Below, one piece after another: positions 44,239-45,430 of a stretch of 45,430 nt of DNA. The translations under genes and the position numbers were made by a program. The notes under the pieces were generated by a model. That model made no database searches. It was not told the DNA's origin and worked only from the letters and a program-made list of their open reading frames with translations. This DNA comes from Dissulfurispiraceae bacterium (lineage in GTDB: Bacteria > Nitrospirota > Thermodesulfovibrionia > Thermodesulfovibrionales > Dissulfurispiraceae): the NCBI GenBank assembly GCA_050011415.1, contig JBEKJD010000001.1, positions 1-45,430 on the forward strand, written 5' to 3'. Position 1 is the first letter of the stretch; each line of letters starts with the position of its first letter.

Positions 44239-45039
44239 TTACCACTCAATTCCTTTCTTCGTCAATTCATCCTGGGCAACTTTATCACCGAGTCTTGCGG
44301 CTGTTTTGAAATCATTAATAGCTTGCTGATCATTGCCAGCCTTCCTGTAAGCAAGTCCGCGATTACTATAAGCTATAGCATAATCAGGGTTAAGTTCTAT
44401 CGCTTTGGAGTAGTCATCAATGGCTTGCTGATAGTTGCCCATCTTCTTATAAGCCACGCCGCGATTATTATAAGCTGTAGCAAAATCAGGTTTAAGCTGT
44501 ATCGCTTTGGTGTATTCATCGATGGCTTGCTGATAATTGCCTGACTTCCTATAGGCAAGTCCGCGCTTATTGCAGGTCTCGGCATCATCAGGTTTAACTT
44601 CTGTTACCCCGTTGTGCAGGGATACGGCAGGTTGCGCCTGGTTCCGAGGTTCCCCCAAAGTGACATTAAATGTCATAGAATTGCCGTCCCTGATTATCTT
44701 AATCGGCACTATTGTGCCTGGCGTTTCTACAGAAACTAAAAGTGTAATCTGTGCTGTTTCACTGATTTTTACCCCCTCACATTCAACAATAATGTCTCCT
44801 TTTTTCAGTCCCGCTATAGCGGCGGGGCCTCCCTCCACAACATCTACCAGCAAGAGGCCCTTGTCATCCTTTAATCCCATCTGTTGAGCAATAACAGAGG
44901 TAAGCTGCCGCGTCTTAATGCCAAGCCAACTTTGTCGCCCACCGCTCGCCGGCTGTTGCGGCTGGTCGTCTGCCGCCGCTATTGTCGTAACACTGCAAAG
45001 CATCATCACTGCTATGATAATCAGAAATATTTTTTTCAT
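44239..45039 (-). CDS. exported PDZ + TPR-repeat protein
   Basis: Signal peptide MKKIFLIIIAVMMLCSVTTIAAA. The PDZ domain is GLLLVDVVEGGPAAIAGLKKGDIIVECEG. Three consecutive 34-aa TPR units follow (RGLAYRKSGNYQQAIDEYTKAIQLKPDF / RGVAYKKMGNYQQAIDDYSKAIELNPDY / RGLAYRKAGNDQQAINDFKTAARL). Confidence 0.85.
   Translation of the reverse strand: MKKIFLIIIAVMMLCSVTTIAAADDQPQQPASGGRQSWLGIKTRQLTSVIAQQMGLKDDKGLLLVDVVEGGPAAIAGLKKGDIIVECEGVKISETAQITLLVSVETPGTIVPIKIIRDGNSMTFNVTLGEPRNQAQPAVSLHNGVTEVKPDDAETCNKRGLAYRKSGNYQQAIDEYTKAIQLKPDFATAYNNRGVAYKKMGNYQQAIDDYSKAIELNPDYAIAYSNRGLAYRKAGNDQQAINDFKTAARLGDKVAQDELTKKGIEW
44278..44583 (-). repeat. three tandem 102-bp coding repeats (TPR units) inside the PDZ-TPR gene
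   Basis: The DNA-level periodicity is visible, for example GGCAACTATCAGCAAGCCATTGATGA-like strings recurring every 102 nt on the coding strand. Confidence 0.8.
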
Positions 45040-45146
45040 CGCTGCATAGCCTCCTCATTTGGCCGGTAGGTTTATGTAATGTTTCTATAATATCACAAAT
45101 CTTAAGCTGCCAACTGTTAGCTATAGACAAAGACAGGGCATATTTC

Positions 45147-45174
45147 AGACCGTGATGTAACGGTCTTTTTGTTT
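45147..45174 (+). terminator. orphan plus-strand terminator-like hairpin
   Basis: AGACCG (45147-45152) pairs with CGGTCT (45161-45166), followed by TTTTTGTTTG and a long T-rich tract. There is no plus-strand gene upstream of it. Confidence 0.35.
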
Positions 45175-45230
45175 GTCTGTTGTTTTTTTTTGTTTTCAAG
45201 TATAATTTAGAAAAAAAAAGGGGGTCATGC

Positions 45231-45430
45231 ATGAAAAAGGTAATATTTGCGGCAATGTGTGCGGTAATGCTGTTCGGGACGATAGCAATAGTTTATGCAG
45301 AACACGGAGACTGGCGTGGGGGGATACGCACGAGGATCCATGAAGCAAAGCACAGTATTGAGAGTGGGGTTCAAATGGGAACACTCACAAGGCATGACGC
45401 AAGGAGGCTGCACGAAGAGTTGGACAGGAT
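45231..45430 (+). CDS. exported protein, 3'-partial (runs off the window end)
   Basis: ATG at 45231 is preceded by AAAGGGGG. The translation is MKKVIFAAMCAVMLFGTIAIVYAEHGDWRGGIRTRIHEAKHSIESGVQMGTLTRHDARRLHEELDRI..., with a clear signal peptide. The frame is open to the last base. A possible -10 TATAAT lies at 45201-45206. Confidence 0.55.
   Translation, partial: MKKVIFAAMCAVMLFGTIAIVYAEHGDWRGGIRTRIHEAKHSIESGVQMGTLTRHDARRLHEELDR

Overview
This is 45.4 kb of bacterial chromosome with mid-range GC by eye. The gene content (Hcp, SelB, an AmmeMemoRadiSam radical SAM enzyme, a sigma-54 regulator, a Tat-exported molybdoenzyme) suggests an anaerobe. I cannot assign a taxon without a database search. 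I call about 45 protein genes. I saw no rRNA, tRNA, CRISPR array, transposase or integrase. All protein calls come from motifs recognised by eye in the supplied translations, not from searches.

Layout:
- 1-2541: histidine kinase, sigma-54 response regulator and a small membrane protein.
- 2644-9022, minus strand: ispF, ispD, PIN/TRAM protein, HtrA, SelB and HisH.
- 9290-22590: a neighbourhood with a nitrogen-oxide / hydroxylamine theme. It holds hcp, a CBS protein, an HPP protein, a MOSC protein, a cupin, an 8-Cys miniprotein, a DUF438-hemerythrin-PAS protein and a 30-codon membrane micro-ORF. It ends with a five-gene operon encoding an HAO-family octaheme cytochrome c, a periplasmic NarG-type molybdoenzyme, a four-cluster FeS protein, an NrfD-type membrane subunit and a TorD/NarJ chaperone.
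- 22974-30109: UvrD-like helicase, CBS-ACT protein and a Liv-type ABC transporter.
- 30214-31620: ACT-fused malic enzyme.
- 31769-35596: an apparently foreign AraC / aldo-keto reductase / alcohol dehydrogenase / cupin block that ends in a truncated gene.
- 35601-45430: housekeeping and miscellaneous genes (AlgH-like, fumC, radical SAM, DUF2934, GH108-like, cyclophilin, uvrA, a His-rich exported protein, a PDZ-TPR protein).

Most interesting observations:
1. The octaheme / NarG-type / NrfD operon has a hybrid architecture that does not match textbook Nar, Nxr, Psr or Nrf systems.
2. A 16-bp dyad, TATGAY-N4-RTCATA, occurs four times. Each copy is intergenic and sits 20-21 bp from a -10-like hexamer. 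The copies lie in front of hcp, the Cys-rich miniprotein, the micro-ORF and the octaheme operon, which suggests one CRP/FNR-type regulon whose regulator is not in this window.
3. At least two genes appear to be leaderless.
4. A family of intergenic hairpin elements is built from 6- or 7-nt tandem units.
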